Assembly (NCBI GenBank): GCA_008636045.1
Contig: SNRW01000025.1
Coordinates: 1 to 40,179, forward strand
Source: Streblomastix strix
Lineage: Eukaryota
Direction of reading: 5' to 3'
Length of the DNA: 40,179 nt
Shown here: positions 1 to 12,600 of the stretch, piece after piece
Layout: every line of letters begins with the position of its first letter
How positions within the stretch are numbered: the stretch's first letter is position 1
Program-made: the position numbers and the translations under genes
The notes under the pieces: model-generated
What the model was told of the DNA's origin: nothing
The model's input: only the letters and a program-made list of their open reading frames with translations
Database searches by the model: none

Positions 1-3000
1 GCAGCTTATTATATTGGCTCAGGCTTATCATTCCCACAAAATTCACATAATTGAATTAATTACTTTGAAGGAATTGGTGGTGTTTATGAATCAATGCGTT
101 GAAGGAAAAATTATTCCCTAATTTTCTAATTTTCACTTAAAGAGGCTGTCAAAATATTTAAAGCAGCGTAAGTTTCCATGGGTTATTTCTGAGTATAACC
201 AAATAGCAGATTATCAATAACAAATTATATAGCCTCTACTCTTTTAGCAACAGTTTCAATATAGCGGCTGTCTGAAATCTTATCATCATAATATTTAGAT
301 ATAAGCTTAGATAGATTTTCAATATGTGAGTTAAATATTTCATTAAATACAAGAAATCTTTTTCTTTACAAAGATATTTAAATTGGATATTTTGATTTAA
401 TTATCGAATTTGTTTAATGTGAAGATGATTTTTATAAAGAATTATCCAAATTCCATTTACTTAAATCTGATTATTTATAAAATAGATAATTAAGCCATTC
501 TTAAACAGCCAAACTTGTATTATTCTTCTCTAAAAATAGTTATTTTGAATTCATGTTCTATTCACCATACTATCTATGAATACCAAACTAACCAAAAGGA
601 TCTTCAAACGATACATAAATTGGATACGAAGAATTAAGTTTCAAATTTTTTCTCTTCATTTCCCTGACTTTTCTGGATTTCTCAATATCAATCTTCCCAT
701 CTCCTTCAAGATCGTCTTCTGTACCTTCTATTATCTTCCAATATAATTTCTCCTTTTCAATTTCTATTAATATTAAATCTGCATCTTCCATTGATCTCCA
801 TACACCAGATGGTTCAATATAATTAGCAATAATACTTCTAATAATTGAAAGATTAAGAGAATTAATTATTGAATCAAATGAGAGCATTTTCATTAAAATA
901 GAAGCAGCTCTATATCCTGGAGATGTTAATGGAAGCTCTGATGCTGGTTGAGAAGAATTGAAAAGATTAAAGTGTGTTGATATTAGAGAAGATAATTTAG
1001 CTGTTGGTCGTGTAGATGTGAGTTAGAATGATGGTTATGAATTATTTTATTATTATCCTTTTGGAGTTGAGCTACTCAAAGCTTCTTTTAATTTATTTGC
1101 AGTTTGAATATCTTAGCCTTATTGTTATTAAAGAATTCTCAGTATTTCAGAAGTTATTATGTTAAATGAAGACTATTATTACTTAGATAATATTTGTTGA
1201 ATGTTGATATTCTTATCTGCATTATTTTCATTGAATTCAAAAGGTGATTAATTTGAAAGAAAACTAAATAAAAAAGGAGATTATTGCAAAGATGTTATTA
1301 TTTATCCTTCAAAACTAAATCTAAATTAGGGAGAATTTTCTAAAGGAGGTTAATAATTCTATAAAAGATTAAGATTAAAAACGAAAGATGATAAAGTTGA
1401 TCCTTTCAATTCTGTTTGTATCAATTATGATAATTAAGATGAACTATATCCTCCTGACCAATATATTGAATTGTGTTTTTTACTGAATAAGAATTTAAAT
1501 AGAGAAATGAATAATTTCATCCAATATATGATATTTGATCCAACATCACATCGTTAAAGTGCAGATTCTAAGAAAGAGAAGAAATAGTCATTTCTGTATT
1601 ATGAGATTGTAGCTTTATGTATATAAGAATCAGAAGAAGTTGAATTTTAAGATCCTTAATTTAGTAATCCTAATTATGCCATGTTTAATTAAGATGATTC
1701 AATATAAATTTCATCAGTCAAACTAAGTAATTATGGAGGTTTATCCATAAATGTTAAAGCAAAGTCACTTGGCAATTATTAATAAATAATTTCTTGTTTT
1801 AATACTAAATTTTACTCTTTCTGTGCAATTGTGTGTATTGTATCAGAATCAGATTTTTATTTAAGTGTCTATGGAAAATCAACAGTAAGAGATTTGATTT
1901 ATTCAGTAATATTAATTATTGGCTAATTTGCAATTCTGGTTATCCTTGGCTCAGGAATTTGTGCTCTACGTTTAGAATTTGGAGGAGTAGGAAGATATTA
2001 AGATGAACCATCGATGGATATTTTATCATTATTGAATTATTTATTGGAATCTTTTGTCTGTTGTGATGAAGTGATAGATATTGTTGATGGCAGTTATTAT
2101 GATGATTAAGATTGTTATAATGAATTGGATGCCAGAAAAGCTAATTAAATAACAGAATTTATTCCTCTTCCATTTTTATCCCATATTGTTGAAGGTAAGA
2201 TTGGTTTTGGACCTAGTAACTTCACAATTTCATTTGATCGAGTTTGAATGGATGACTAATCTGGCAAAGAAGAAGAAGAAGATGATGATAATGAAGATGT
2301 TTGTGATGAAGTTTGTTATAAAGAAGAGGATGAAGATGATTGAAATTACTTGCTTAAAGTTCCACTCAATTATTTAAGAGTATTTTAAGAACGAGAAGGA
2401 GTCATTGTTTGTTCTGATTTTTACGAAGTTACAGAAATTTATTTTTATCCATTTGAAGCGCAGGCTTCTTCAACAAATGAAAAAAAAAGACATCTTTTTG
2501 CTTCTGTTGAAATGTCTCTAAATATTTGAGACAATTATTAACTCCAAACAGGAAGTGTTAAAATATGGATTTGATCATTCTTTATTTAAGAAGATGATAA
2601 AGATTAAGAAGATTATTATTGTATTTATGGAGTTGTTTAGATCTGTTATTATTGTGTTTATTAATTTGGAGGAGGAGGAAGAAATGAATAAATATTTGGA
2701 GGTGCATTCATTGCTGATGAAGTATTTGGTGATTAACTCTATTCATCCAGTAAACTATCTTTATTAATTTAATCTATATTTGCATTTTCAACCAGAATTG
2801 TCCAAGCTTCTTCTTCATCTTCTTCTTCAAGAGCAGCATTCAGAATAATTTCATCTAAATCAACAATCTTATTATTTTACTATTCATCTTCAATTCCAGT
2901 ATATCCTTTTTCTCCATTAATAATCCTAGTTTTAGCTTATTTTGAATAAACACTTACTAATTAATCATCAGCAATATGTGAAAGAAGTAAAATAAAATCT

Positions 3001-5792
3001 AAAAGAGAATAAATATACATTGCTGAACCTTGAGGAGATGTAAGTTATGAATTTAAAGTGGAAGATTATTGAGGAAAAATAATAAATTCTCCCAATTTCA
3101 ATTCACTATTTTAATTATTGTCAGAAATAGTTTTTATAGAAGTTATATCATCATGAACTCCAAGAGGAATTCGACATCTTCTAATTTGAGTAAGAAGTGC
3201 TAATAAAGCTTTGGCTAATGCACATAAAGATTGAACACGAATACATAAGGATGGACACCATGGAGCATTTGTTTGTGATCCAGGTGCTTTCAGACCTTCT
3301 GAATTTTATTAATGTTTATCGTCCTTACTACCAATCAATCTTTTTTATGTCTTTTCTTTCAATTTCTAAGTGATCTTTGTAGATTATTTTTGCCTTTCCT
3401 TTTTCATATCAATTTAATGCTATGCATGTTTATCAGAACATGGAGTGAGTATAAGTGCTGTTTTCCTCACAAATACTTCCACACATATTTATAACAAAGG
3501 TTAAAGAACAAGAGCAATAGTATGAGAAGGAGATTAAGATGACAATTATGAATAAAATGAGGATAATAAAGATTATTAAGATTAAGACGAGGAAGATTGA
3601 GAAGATGAAAGAATAATAGATGGATTATAAATAGCAAGAGATGGGTATGCTATAACAATACGGAAAATAAGTTAAATAAGAAGTTGCTAAGGATAAATTG
3701 ATGAAGTTGAGATGAGTAATTATTGTATGCAGTTATTCATTTATAGAAGACTTTCATCTTTACTTTTTTGTTTAGAAATATTTGATGAATTATTTTATTA
3801 AGTCATTCTACTGACAATTGCATCTATCAACTAAGAATTATCTTTGTTACTCCCAAAAATACCAAGACAACAAAGTTTAATGAAGAAATTTGCATTTGAA
3901 ATGAAAGCGGGATGAGGGAGTTCTGCCAAATAACTTGATGATATTTCTGGTGAATTCAAAATGTCGGTATTCTTATCATCATTTTGTGAACTTGAGTTAA
4001 ATATTTAATTGATTGGAGATGAAAGAACACAACTTTCTGAATGTAAGAGTGAAGAACATATCGAAGCACATAAATTTGAAACTTGACAGACCAATGAACT
4101 TCTATTTTTATCCAATAATTAATTATTTGATTAATTTTAAGATTAAATATATTGAGGATAGATGGCAGTTCTAAATAACCATGGGATGATAGAATAAAAA
4201 GATGTTATTTTTGTGTTTAAGTTCTAAGTCTTCTTTTTTGTATCATCATTCTATTAATTTCCTTTAATAAGCTAATCAGAATCCTCAATCAATCCAACTC
4301 CATCCTCAATTTCATGTTTAATATATTCACGTAATATTGTTCCCTTTGCTGATGATATTCCAACTGAAAGGAGAATAAGTGCAGTAGGCATCTCTATATT
4401 CATTTATATAGCTTTTGCACAAAGATTCATAAAATCTGTGAAAATATCTTATTATGAGTCAGATTTTGTATTTGAAGATTGTCCCTATTTCAAAGTATTA
4501 CCACTTTTCTTCAAAGAATCTTTCTCATTAATTCCCCATTAATTCTTAATCTAATTTATTATTTCAGAGGGAAATGAAGCAAATGGATTCACAGATCCAG
4601 GTATACGTGATATTTAAATGGAAGTGAGCAATGGAAAGAATGGATTAATTGAAGGCAGAGAATGTGGAGATGCCAAAGAAGATGAATATTCTCTTCCATT
4701 CTCTCCTTAACCAGGCAAAACTATTCTCATCTGAGATTGATTGAGTGATATGGCTAATGGAGAAAGAAGAGACTAAGGTACTGTTTATGAGGATGAAGTT
4801 CCTGGTTAATTAAATGGAGAGAATTGAGATGTTGGAGGAGATACAAATATTGGGAAAGATTAAAGAGATTGAATTTCTCCTAAACAGAATGCATGAAGTT
4901 TCTAGTAAGGTTAAATATTGCTTTGTGTACTTGCATTGACTTTAGATACACTATGAGCAAATGGAGATATTTAAGGAGTTTATTATTATGGTATTACTGT
5001 AGATTCCAAATTATCTTAATTGTTTTTTTAATCTTTTTCATTTGATTCTTTATTATTTAAATCTTTTTCATCTTATGAAACCATTTGTTTCTAGGGTAAT
5101 TAGTTAAGAATTGGATGTTGTTATGTTTGCTAATTATCATTGCCAATATTTTCTTCATATTCAGTAAGAATTCTAAACATCTTTGATTATGGATCTAAAG
5201 GAGACACTGGAATCTGAGGACTGTATTATAAATATTACTAAATTATTAAATTTTTTGTATTTAAAGTCTTCTGGTTGTTGTTCATAAAAGAGTTAAATGG
5301 CAGTGAAGAGCTTTTGCTGAGAGATAACCTTACAAAGTGAAGTGTAGCTCGTATAGAGTTAGATATAATTTCTGATGAATTAAATTTTTATCCAATTTTA
5401 ATGATATTTTCAAGACGTTTATGTGGTTTCAAATTCATTGTATTGTCTTAATATAATTGTCAGCAAAATTAAAATTAAAATAAAGAAAGATTAAAACAAA
5501 CCACATGCAAGCATTATCCAGCATGATGGACATATTTTCTAATTTTGTTTTTCGGAAACAATAAATTAATCTTTGAGGCAACTAAAAAAATTTAATCAAA
5601 AATAAAAGAAAACTAACTAATATATTATGTAATAAATGCAAACATTTCACATATTTATCGCATGCATGAAGGACACTATTTAGACTAAAGCTTCTTTCCA
5701 AAATTTTGATTGCAGATTGGGCATTCATCAGTGCAAGAAAATCGACAAGCATTAAAATGAAGTGGACCAGCTTCACCAATTTATGATTCCAT
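1..5792 (-). CDS. Large protein with N-terminal FYVE-like Cys8 zinc finger followed by helical and low-complexity regions; exons 5792-5644, 5581-5502, 5446-<1; 3' partial
   Basis: The spliced translation (table 6) reads MESQIGEAGPLHFNACRFSCTDECPICNQNFGKKLQSKQCPSCMRQICEICLKDQFIVSEKQNQKICPSCWIMLACDNTMNLKPH, with four CxxC pairs at FYVE-type spacing. The exon 3 frame matches ORF 588..893 and is still open at base 1 (...QLIQLCEFCGNDKPEPIQQA). ATG 5792 is the plausible start, but an upstream exon cannot be excluded. Confidence 0.8.
5447..5501 (-). other. Spliceosomal intron 2 of the FYVE-like gene (55 nt, GTTTGT...TAAG)
   Basis: GT..AG ends, a T-rich interior and a CTGAC branch-point-like motif shortly before the AG. 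Removal (G+AC) links exon 2 to the long exon 3 frame. Confidence 0.8.
5582..5643 (-). other. Spliceosomal intron 1 of the FYVE-like gene (62 nt, GTTTGC...TTTTAG)
   Basis: GT..AG ends and a T-rich interior. Removal joins AT+T and completes the CEIC zinc-ligand pair in frame. Confidence 0.85.
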
Positions 5793-6430
5793 TGATGGTA
5801 CTATGTCAATCAATAAAATTATTTCTTTTTGAAAAAAAATAAAGAATAATAATAATAAAAATAAAAATATAAATAATAGGGAAAAAAAGTTAAAAATGTG
5901 TTAAATTCTATTTGAAATAGTTGTTAGATTATTATTATATAACTTTAATTGTTTTAATTTATTATATTAAAACAAAATATATTAAATAGAATTCATTTGT
6001 ATTTTAATTAACCCTATTACGTGTGATTTATTGAATCAGCGTTTATTATCACTGTAGAGATTGAAATAGATTATTACTTATTTAATAAATAAAGTATGTC
6101 TATATTAAACACGTTTTTTCAATATAATCTTCAAATCTTTAATTTTATATAAATTCTTTATTTATATAATTTTGCTGAAGATTTGATTTATATTTTAAAA
6201 TTGCTACTAATATTTTAGATAAATATAATCTTGCTATTTTAGAAATTAAAGCAAATCCCCCTATTGGAAAAATATCGTTAATTTTCACAATAACGCAGTC
6301 ACCAGCAAATTAAGCAAGGAACATCAACAAAAAACAGGTAAAATAAAAATTTATTAATATAATATTTTTGTAATACAATAAATATTGGATCCTTGATAAA
6401 TTTAGTTTTGTTAACATTTTTTAAATGAAA

Positions 6431-6545
6431 TAGCCACGCCCCCAAAGAGGAGGTTGTGCCCCGCATATTGTGGAGTATGTAATAGTCTGTTTTTGTCTTA
6501 CATTAATTTATTTTCAATGTCAAGCATATCTCACATTTTTGTCAA
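6431..6545. other. GC-rich intergenic island; candidate dispersed repeat, element end or structured ncRNA
   Basis: An abrupt GC-rich tract (tagccacgcccccaaagaggaggttgtgccccgcatattgtggag) in a very AT-rich spacer, with two imperfect hairpins possible on the + strand. The right boundary is uncertain. Confidence 0.4.
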
Positions 6546-6608
6546 AATAACATCCATAAACTAAACAATACTATAAAAAAAATATTAATATTATGATTAT
6601 CATGATGG

Positions 6609-6614
6609 TTTATT
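6609..6614 (-). terminator. Possible AATAAA polyadenylation signal 2 nt after the UBR4 stop
   Basis: Sense strand reads TGA AA AATAAA CC. This is weak evidence because AATAAA is common in AT-rich DNA. Confidence 0.25.
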
Positions 6615-6616
6615 TT

Positions 6617-9600
6617 TCAAATCTTCCAGTTCGCAATCCATTCCACCAGAATCGCACAATCAACTTCTTCAGCCCTTTCAACTCCGCCTTCCAATAAACC
6701 AACAGACCTCATCATCTCAAGAGCTTTTGTCTTCACACCAATCTCTTCAAACAGCTTGTTGAAAGGGTTTTACATTCCTTGATCTGATATATTTGTTATT
6801 CTCCTATACTTTTCATTAAGATTATTTTCTACTCTCTGATCCAGATTTACATGCAACTCACTATTCTCAAAAGCAACTGTTCGTAATATATTCCACAGTT
6901 CATGATCACGTTCCCTAATAGATGCTGGATTACCATCGCCTTCAGGAGTGAGTATCAAAGATCCAAATGATGGTCTGAGTAGATATTAATGCTACATACT
7001 TTGTATTGATGTTATGAATAGTGGTAATGCTACTGAAGGATTAGGAGACACTCTTTGAACTATTGGTGTTGATGGTGAAAGACTCAGATGTTATGTTTAT
7101 GGTTTTGGAGGAGGTGATTTTGAATGTGTTTTCTTCCCTTCTGATTAATTAGTTGTTGTATGAACAGGAGATACTTAGATTTATTAAGAAGAAGCTTGAG
7201 GAGGAGGAGGTATTTATTATGGAAGTTTAACTTCTGCTTATTGTGGATAAATTAGTTTATGAATGTAATCGACGAAAATAAGAGCAATTAGAGGTCTTCG
7301 TAAGATAGTAAATAATGGAGATAGATCCTATTTTTATGTATGAACGGATATAGATGATAATTCTTTATTTTTCTCCTTTTCTTTTTCCTTCTTTTTCGAT
7401 TCCCGAGAATGAAGATTAGTTCCTGCAATAGTTTCCATAATCACTCTTCTCACAAGTAACCAGATAATATCATCCCATTGTTATGAGCTACCTCCTGCTA
7501 ATATTGCACAGAGGATGGCCATTGATAGAGGGCGATGTGTTGAACGTACTCCACTTTACTTGACGATCGCTTTAGAAACATATTCAGCATCAGACATGCA
7601 AAGAAACTCTTATAGAATCTTTTCAACCTACAATCTTGGAGTGTAGTAAGGTTAAAGTGTTTGTTTTGAGGATTATTGCGAAGATTATGGGGGCATTAGA
7701 ATGTGCAAAAACATTGCAATATAATGAGGGAATATCTTAATTAGTGCACTTCTACTACCACCACTTGTGAGTGTCTTACTTTCTGATGGGATGATTATAA
7801 AGGAAATTTGTTCAGTAGCAGAGCGCATAAAATGAAGCAAAATTTCATAAGGTGCAAGAGATTGTGTAGAAAACATGGAGCTGTCTGTTCCAGATGATAT
7901 TTACAGGTGTGTTGATGAAGATACTTATTATAAGAATAAACGTACAGCACCTTCATATGATGTAGTTGCGTTTGAAGATGTAGATGATTAAGATGTAAAT
8001 GGGTTTGTGATGAAATCTTTTAGGTTTCTTCCTCCAGGATATACAGTGTAGAGAGGGAATATGGCATTACATGGAGTACTGCTGTTTCTGAGTGCTGCTC
8101 CTTCCCATTCACTTTTCATGTGTCGAATTCTTTGATCAGAAGCAGCTGCAGATTAGTGGCATCCAATATGCGTCCTACTGAATGTAGTTACTAGTTCAAT
8201 TGTTTATATTTCTAAATCTAATCTATGTCTATGGAGAATGAGTGATGATAAATCTTTGTCAGTCGATGGGAGATCCACAGATAGTTATTCAGTCTCAAAT
8301 ATATTCATACGTGTGGCAAATATATAACATCCAATCTGTTCTGCTTTTTTTGTACGAACACCTTCCCTGCAAATGAAACAACTTAATTATTCATCCTCGT
8401 CTCTGATTTAATCCTATTTTAACTAGGATGTATCAGAAGATGATTATTGCACATCTTGTGTTTGATCAGTCGGTTATGTAATCTGCTGCGATGGCATCTT
8501 TAATTTTCCAGCGAGACCAGAATCACGCAACATCTTCATTCTCATCTCAGCTGCTCTTTTCTTCTTTTTAGTTTCTTCTTATTGTTTGACTCTGTCAGCT
8601 TCACCACGAAGTTCATCGTCTTCGCACTCGAGGAATGCTCCAAAAAGACCCTCAGCTGAAGCACCAACATTCTTCACTGCTGTGGAAGTTTGCATCTTGT
8701 AGAACGCAAGTAAAAGTAAATTAGTTTCTTTTTCTTTGGAAGTGTCTTTATCAAATGAAATATCTTCTGTTCTATTTTCCTTGGTATCAAATCCAACTAC
8801 AATTGAAAGTGCACGAGTAAAACTCCCTCTACAAATAGCTTCTAATATCCCAAGAGCATATGTGAATGCAGGTTGTTTCATTCCTCTTTCAATCTGTGCA
8901 TTTTCCAATGTCTTTTATGCAGTTGAGTTGTCAGCTTTCTCATTATATATCTGGAGAGCGCGTTGCAAATATTTTACACATTTGTGCACTATTCCATGAT
9001 TAATTAAAAGTGCTTTCATTTCAGTGCCAACATTGTCTGATCCCATCGCACTGCACATCTGCATGAAACACTACAGATCATATTTAATCGCTTCTGGTGT
9101 TGGTAATGCAGATTTATTGGTTGTAACACTTTCAGTTGCACTTTCATTCTTATTATCAAGTATTTGATCAAGTTCATCAAATAGAAGTTTAGGCTCAAAA
9201 TATGTAACAAGCATTTTCATAGCACGAATATCACCATTGGTCAGGAATGGCAGAATGCTTAATATTGCACTCACTTGTCTTTCATTCTTCTTAATTGTTG
9301 GAGACGTCAGTCTTTCTAATATTGCTTATACATGCTACACATAACTACCTGCAGATTATTAACCATGAGAAGATCCTGGTATTTAACCTGGAGTCAATGA
9401 TGCATATTTTTATGTGATTTGAATTTATGGTGTAATGGGAAATGGTTATGTTGGATGTGTTTATTCTTTTAGTTTCTCTTTCTCCTTTTCTTTCTCTTTT
9501 GCGCGCTCTTTCTTTTCTTCCTCTTTTAACTTGGCTTATTCTTTACTATTTTCTGAAAGGAGAATCCCAAGTATCAGAATAATATTCTCTGTTGCATCAG

Positions 9601-12600
9601 TATAAGCAGGAGAGTCTCTACTTATTGCAGTCCTCAATAGTTGCACAAGAACGTTCACACTTCCACATTGAATAGCGCGTCTTCTAACTGCAGCAACCCG
9701 ACATCCAAATCTCAGAAGGCGTATGAGATATCCAGATAACTCGTTCTGAACATCAAAGTTTGTGATTGTTCCCAAGAATCGCACTATTTCACTTACACCA
9801 TCAACAACATCACCTTCTATTGATCCAGAAGACATACTTATCTTGGATGTGAGTAATTCTGACCCTATTTATGTAAATGTGGATGAAACAGACGGAGAAG
9901 GAGGAAACTGTTTTGTTAAAGAGGATGCAAAACTTATTGAAGGCGATTGTGTATTTCGAGCTTCAATTGAAAATTGAGGTGAATGAACTGAAGTAGAAAT
10001 ATGAGATGATCCAATTTTCATAATTTCATATTTAGTCTAATCAATAATCATCTCAGACTGAGGCTAATTAACTATATTCTATTTCTAACGAGCGTTCTCC
10101 TTCATTTTTCTCAAAGGATCAAATTCATCTGTATTGACATTGTCTTCATTATTTAGTCCTAAAAGACTTCTATCACCTTTCAGTTGATCAATTGTTCCTC
10201 TTAAAATATGATATTATCTTCTTCTTTAACGTCTAATCACCACAACATCATTTGGAGAAGAAGTTCCAAAAGAGATGAACCAACTAATTTATGTCTCTTA
10301 TCCAAAGCGATTAAGATACATCCAACGATTCGGATCATTTGCGTTTGTTAATAATAATTCATTCTTTCTTTCATATTATTCTTTCTCATCCTTTTCTTTT
10401 AAATTAGATTCCCCTATTCTTTCTTCATTAAATTCATTCTTCTTTCTTTTTAAATCACCCAATTTTAAAATATCTGTATTTTAAGACAGTTCAGAATCAA
10501 TTGGGATAATTAATGACATTGCAGGATGAGCGAGTAATGATAAGTTATCTCCATTCTCTCCTCCAATATTTCCTGCATCTTCATCATCATCATCATTAGG
10601 AAGTTCTGAGATTATTTCTTCCTATGCAAGTCCATCTAATCCCTATAATCTGAATATAACGAGCATTGGTTCAGTATATTTAACTCCATTAGACTGTTAT
10701 CCTTATGCTTCTACTTACTGTTATTCATCTCTCCTATTCCTTTCTCTTTCATTGTCTCCGTTTCTACGCAGATGTTATCTATTTCCATCTCTTAAATGGG
10801 GAATCCAGATCTTCTCATAGACAGCAACAATAGAGAGATCAAGGTTTATAAGTTTATCATCTACAAGCATCTCAAGAGTGTTATCATCCTATACAACAGA
10901 CTCACCTAATGAACATTCTGAGCAGATTCTCTTCTTTAAATCTCGGAATAATGGACCAGATAAGGTCTTTGAGGAGAAAGGTTTGTCAGAAACAGATCCT
11001 GGAATGAATTCCTCCTACGATTGTTTCTTCTTAATTCTCAATTGTATTTCTGGAACTTATCGAATAGGACAGAGCATTCCACACATTCGCCCAAAGACAG
11101 CTATTGGGACAAGAGATGAAAAAGTGCTTCCTGATTTACTTGACTCTTTATTTGCTTTCCGATTTTGTGTATCAATGCGGTTCCTCTTGTGATCTTTTCT
11201 CAGTTCAATCTTATGTGCAAATGAATGTCTCTACAAAGCTCTGACACAAGAAGTAACCAATAATGCTTATCGAGATGTAAGAAGTTATTCTCTATACTTT
11301 TCCTCTTCAGATAACTACTTCTAATTTCCTTCTTCTTATATAATTGTTGTAATCTGAATAATATTTGTTTGTTCTGGAGATGATGACAATGCACCTTCTG
11401 AATGCTTCTAATCAGTTCCTTCTTTCTCAGCTTCCTACTTTTATATTGATTTCTTATTTTCACTCATATTCTATTGATCAATTTTATTATCGTTTGAATG
11501 TTTCTTTTTCTCTTTAATTTTATCTTCTTTCAAATATTTATCAATTTTATCTTTCTTTTCCTTCCCAGATTTATCATGGTGTTTCTTCTCTTTATTTTTC
11601 TTCTTTCTTTTAGATCCTTGAATAACACCTCTCTAAACAGCTTTTAAAAACGCCTTTCTATCAATAGCCATAGCTTACTCAACAATGTTGTCTAGAATGG
11701 ATGCACATTGATCAGTCTCGGCTGTACGCATCATTATAAGAGCACGAGATGCAAATATAGAATCCAATGCAGCTCTTATCAATCTACCATCTCTTTAGAA
11801 GAGAAGTAATGGAAATGATATTTCTTTCTGATTGTTGTTTATTCCTTGATGATAATTCTATCCAAGAAGAATGATGTGAAGAAGTTATGCTGCAGCTACA
11901 AGTAGACCCTGTGGAATCTTCCTTTGTCCATTAATGCATAGAAGTTTCTTCATTGAAATGTGTTTAATTCCCTCAGATTAGTAACCATTATATTTTAATA
12001 CATTCTCTATTCCATCTTATTTTTCTTTTTTATCAATTTTAATTTCAGATAAATCTTTCTTCATATCTTCTTGAGTCAAATGATTCACATTTTCATTAGT
12101 AACATTCATTTGTGTTTTGAAAAATCCTTCAAAGCCCATATTTTATTAAGATTAAATTTAATTTGATTATACATCAACTTTTCTATCACTTTTTATATAT
12201 GAAGGTGATTAATGAGATTTGCTTGAGTCAGGAGAACCAAATACTGAACTTTTAACTGTTTGCCCCTCTGATATATTTTCACCTGATATTTCATAATCTT
12301 CTTCATCAATATAATCATCTTAATCTTCATCAGAATGTTCATCTTCTTAATTATCTCCATCTTTACCCATCATTTTCTCTTCTTCTTTTTTTAATATTAA
12401 ATCCATTCCTACTTAAATCATTCCTACAAGAAGTTCCACATATCCTCTATGGAATGCATATAGACGTGCAATATCAGATGTTTTCAGCATTTGTGAAAGA
12501 AGCTAAACTGCTGGGTGTCCATCTACACCTCCACTATGAATTCCTTGATTCTTCATTGCAACATTTATTTTAGGCTGGTTTTAAGGTTGAGATGATGAGG

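Noticed and set aside
5582..5779. ORF-track peptide MVKLVHFILML...
   Set aside because: It is the wrong frame of exon 1 and runs through intron 1; the true frame encodes the CxxC finger.
6230..6345. U1 snRNA on the minus strand (TTTTACCTG resembles ACTTACCTG)
   Set aside because: The match is imperfect and I found no convincing U1 stem-loops or 3' terminal hairpin.
6424..6475. SECIS element (ATGA...AAA hairpin on +)
   Set aside because: There is no matching 3' GA quartet, it is on the opposite strand to both genes, and there is no in-frame TGA to recode.
6323..6526. Short minus-strand table-6 ORF (MLDIENKLMQDKNRLLHTPQYAGH...)
   Set aside because: It is about 67 aa with no motif, which is expected by chance when TGA is the only stop.
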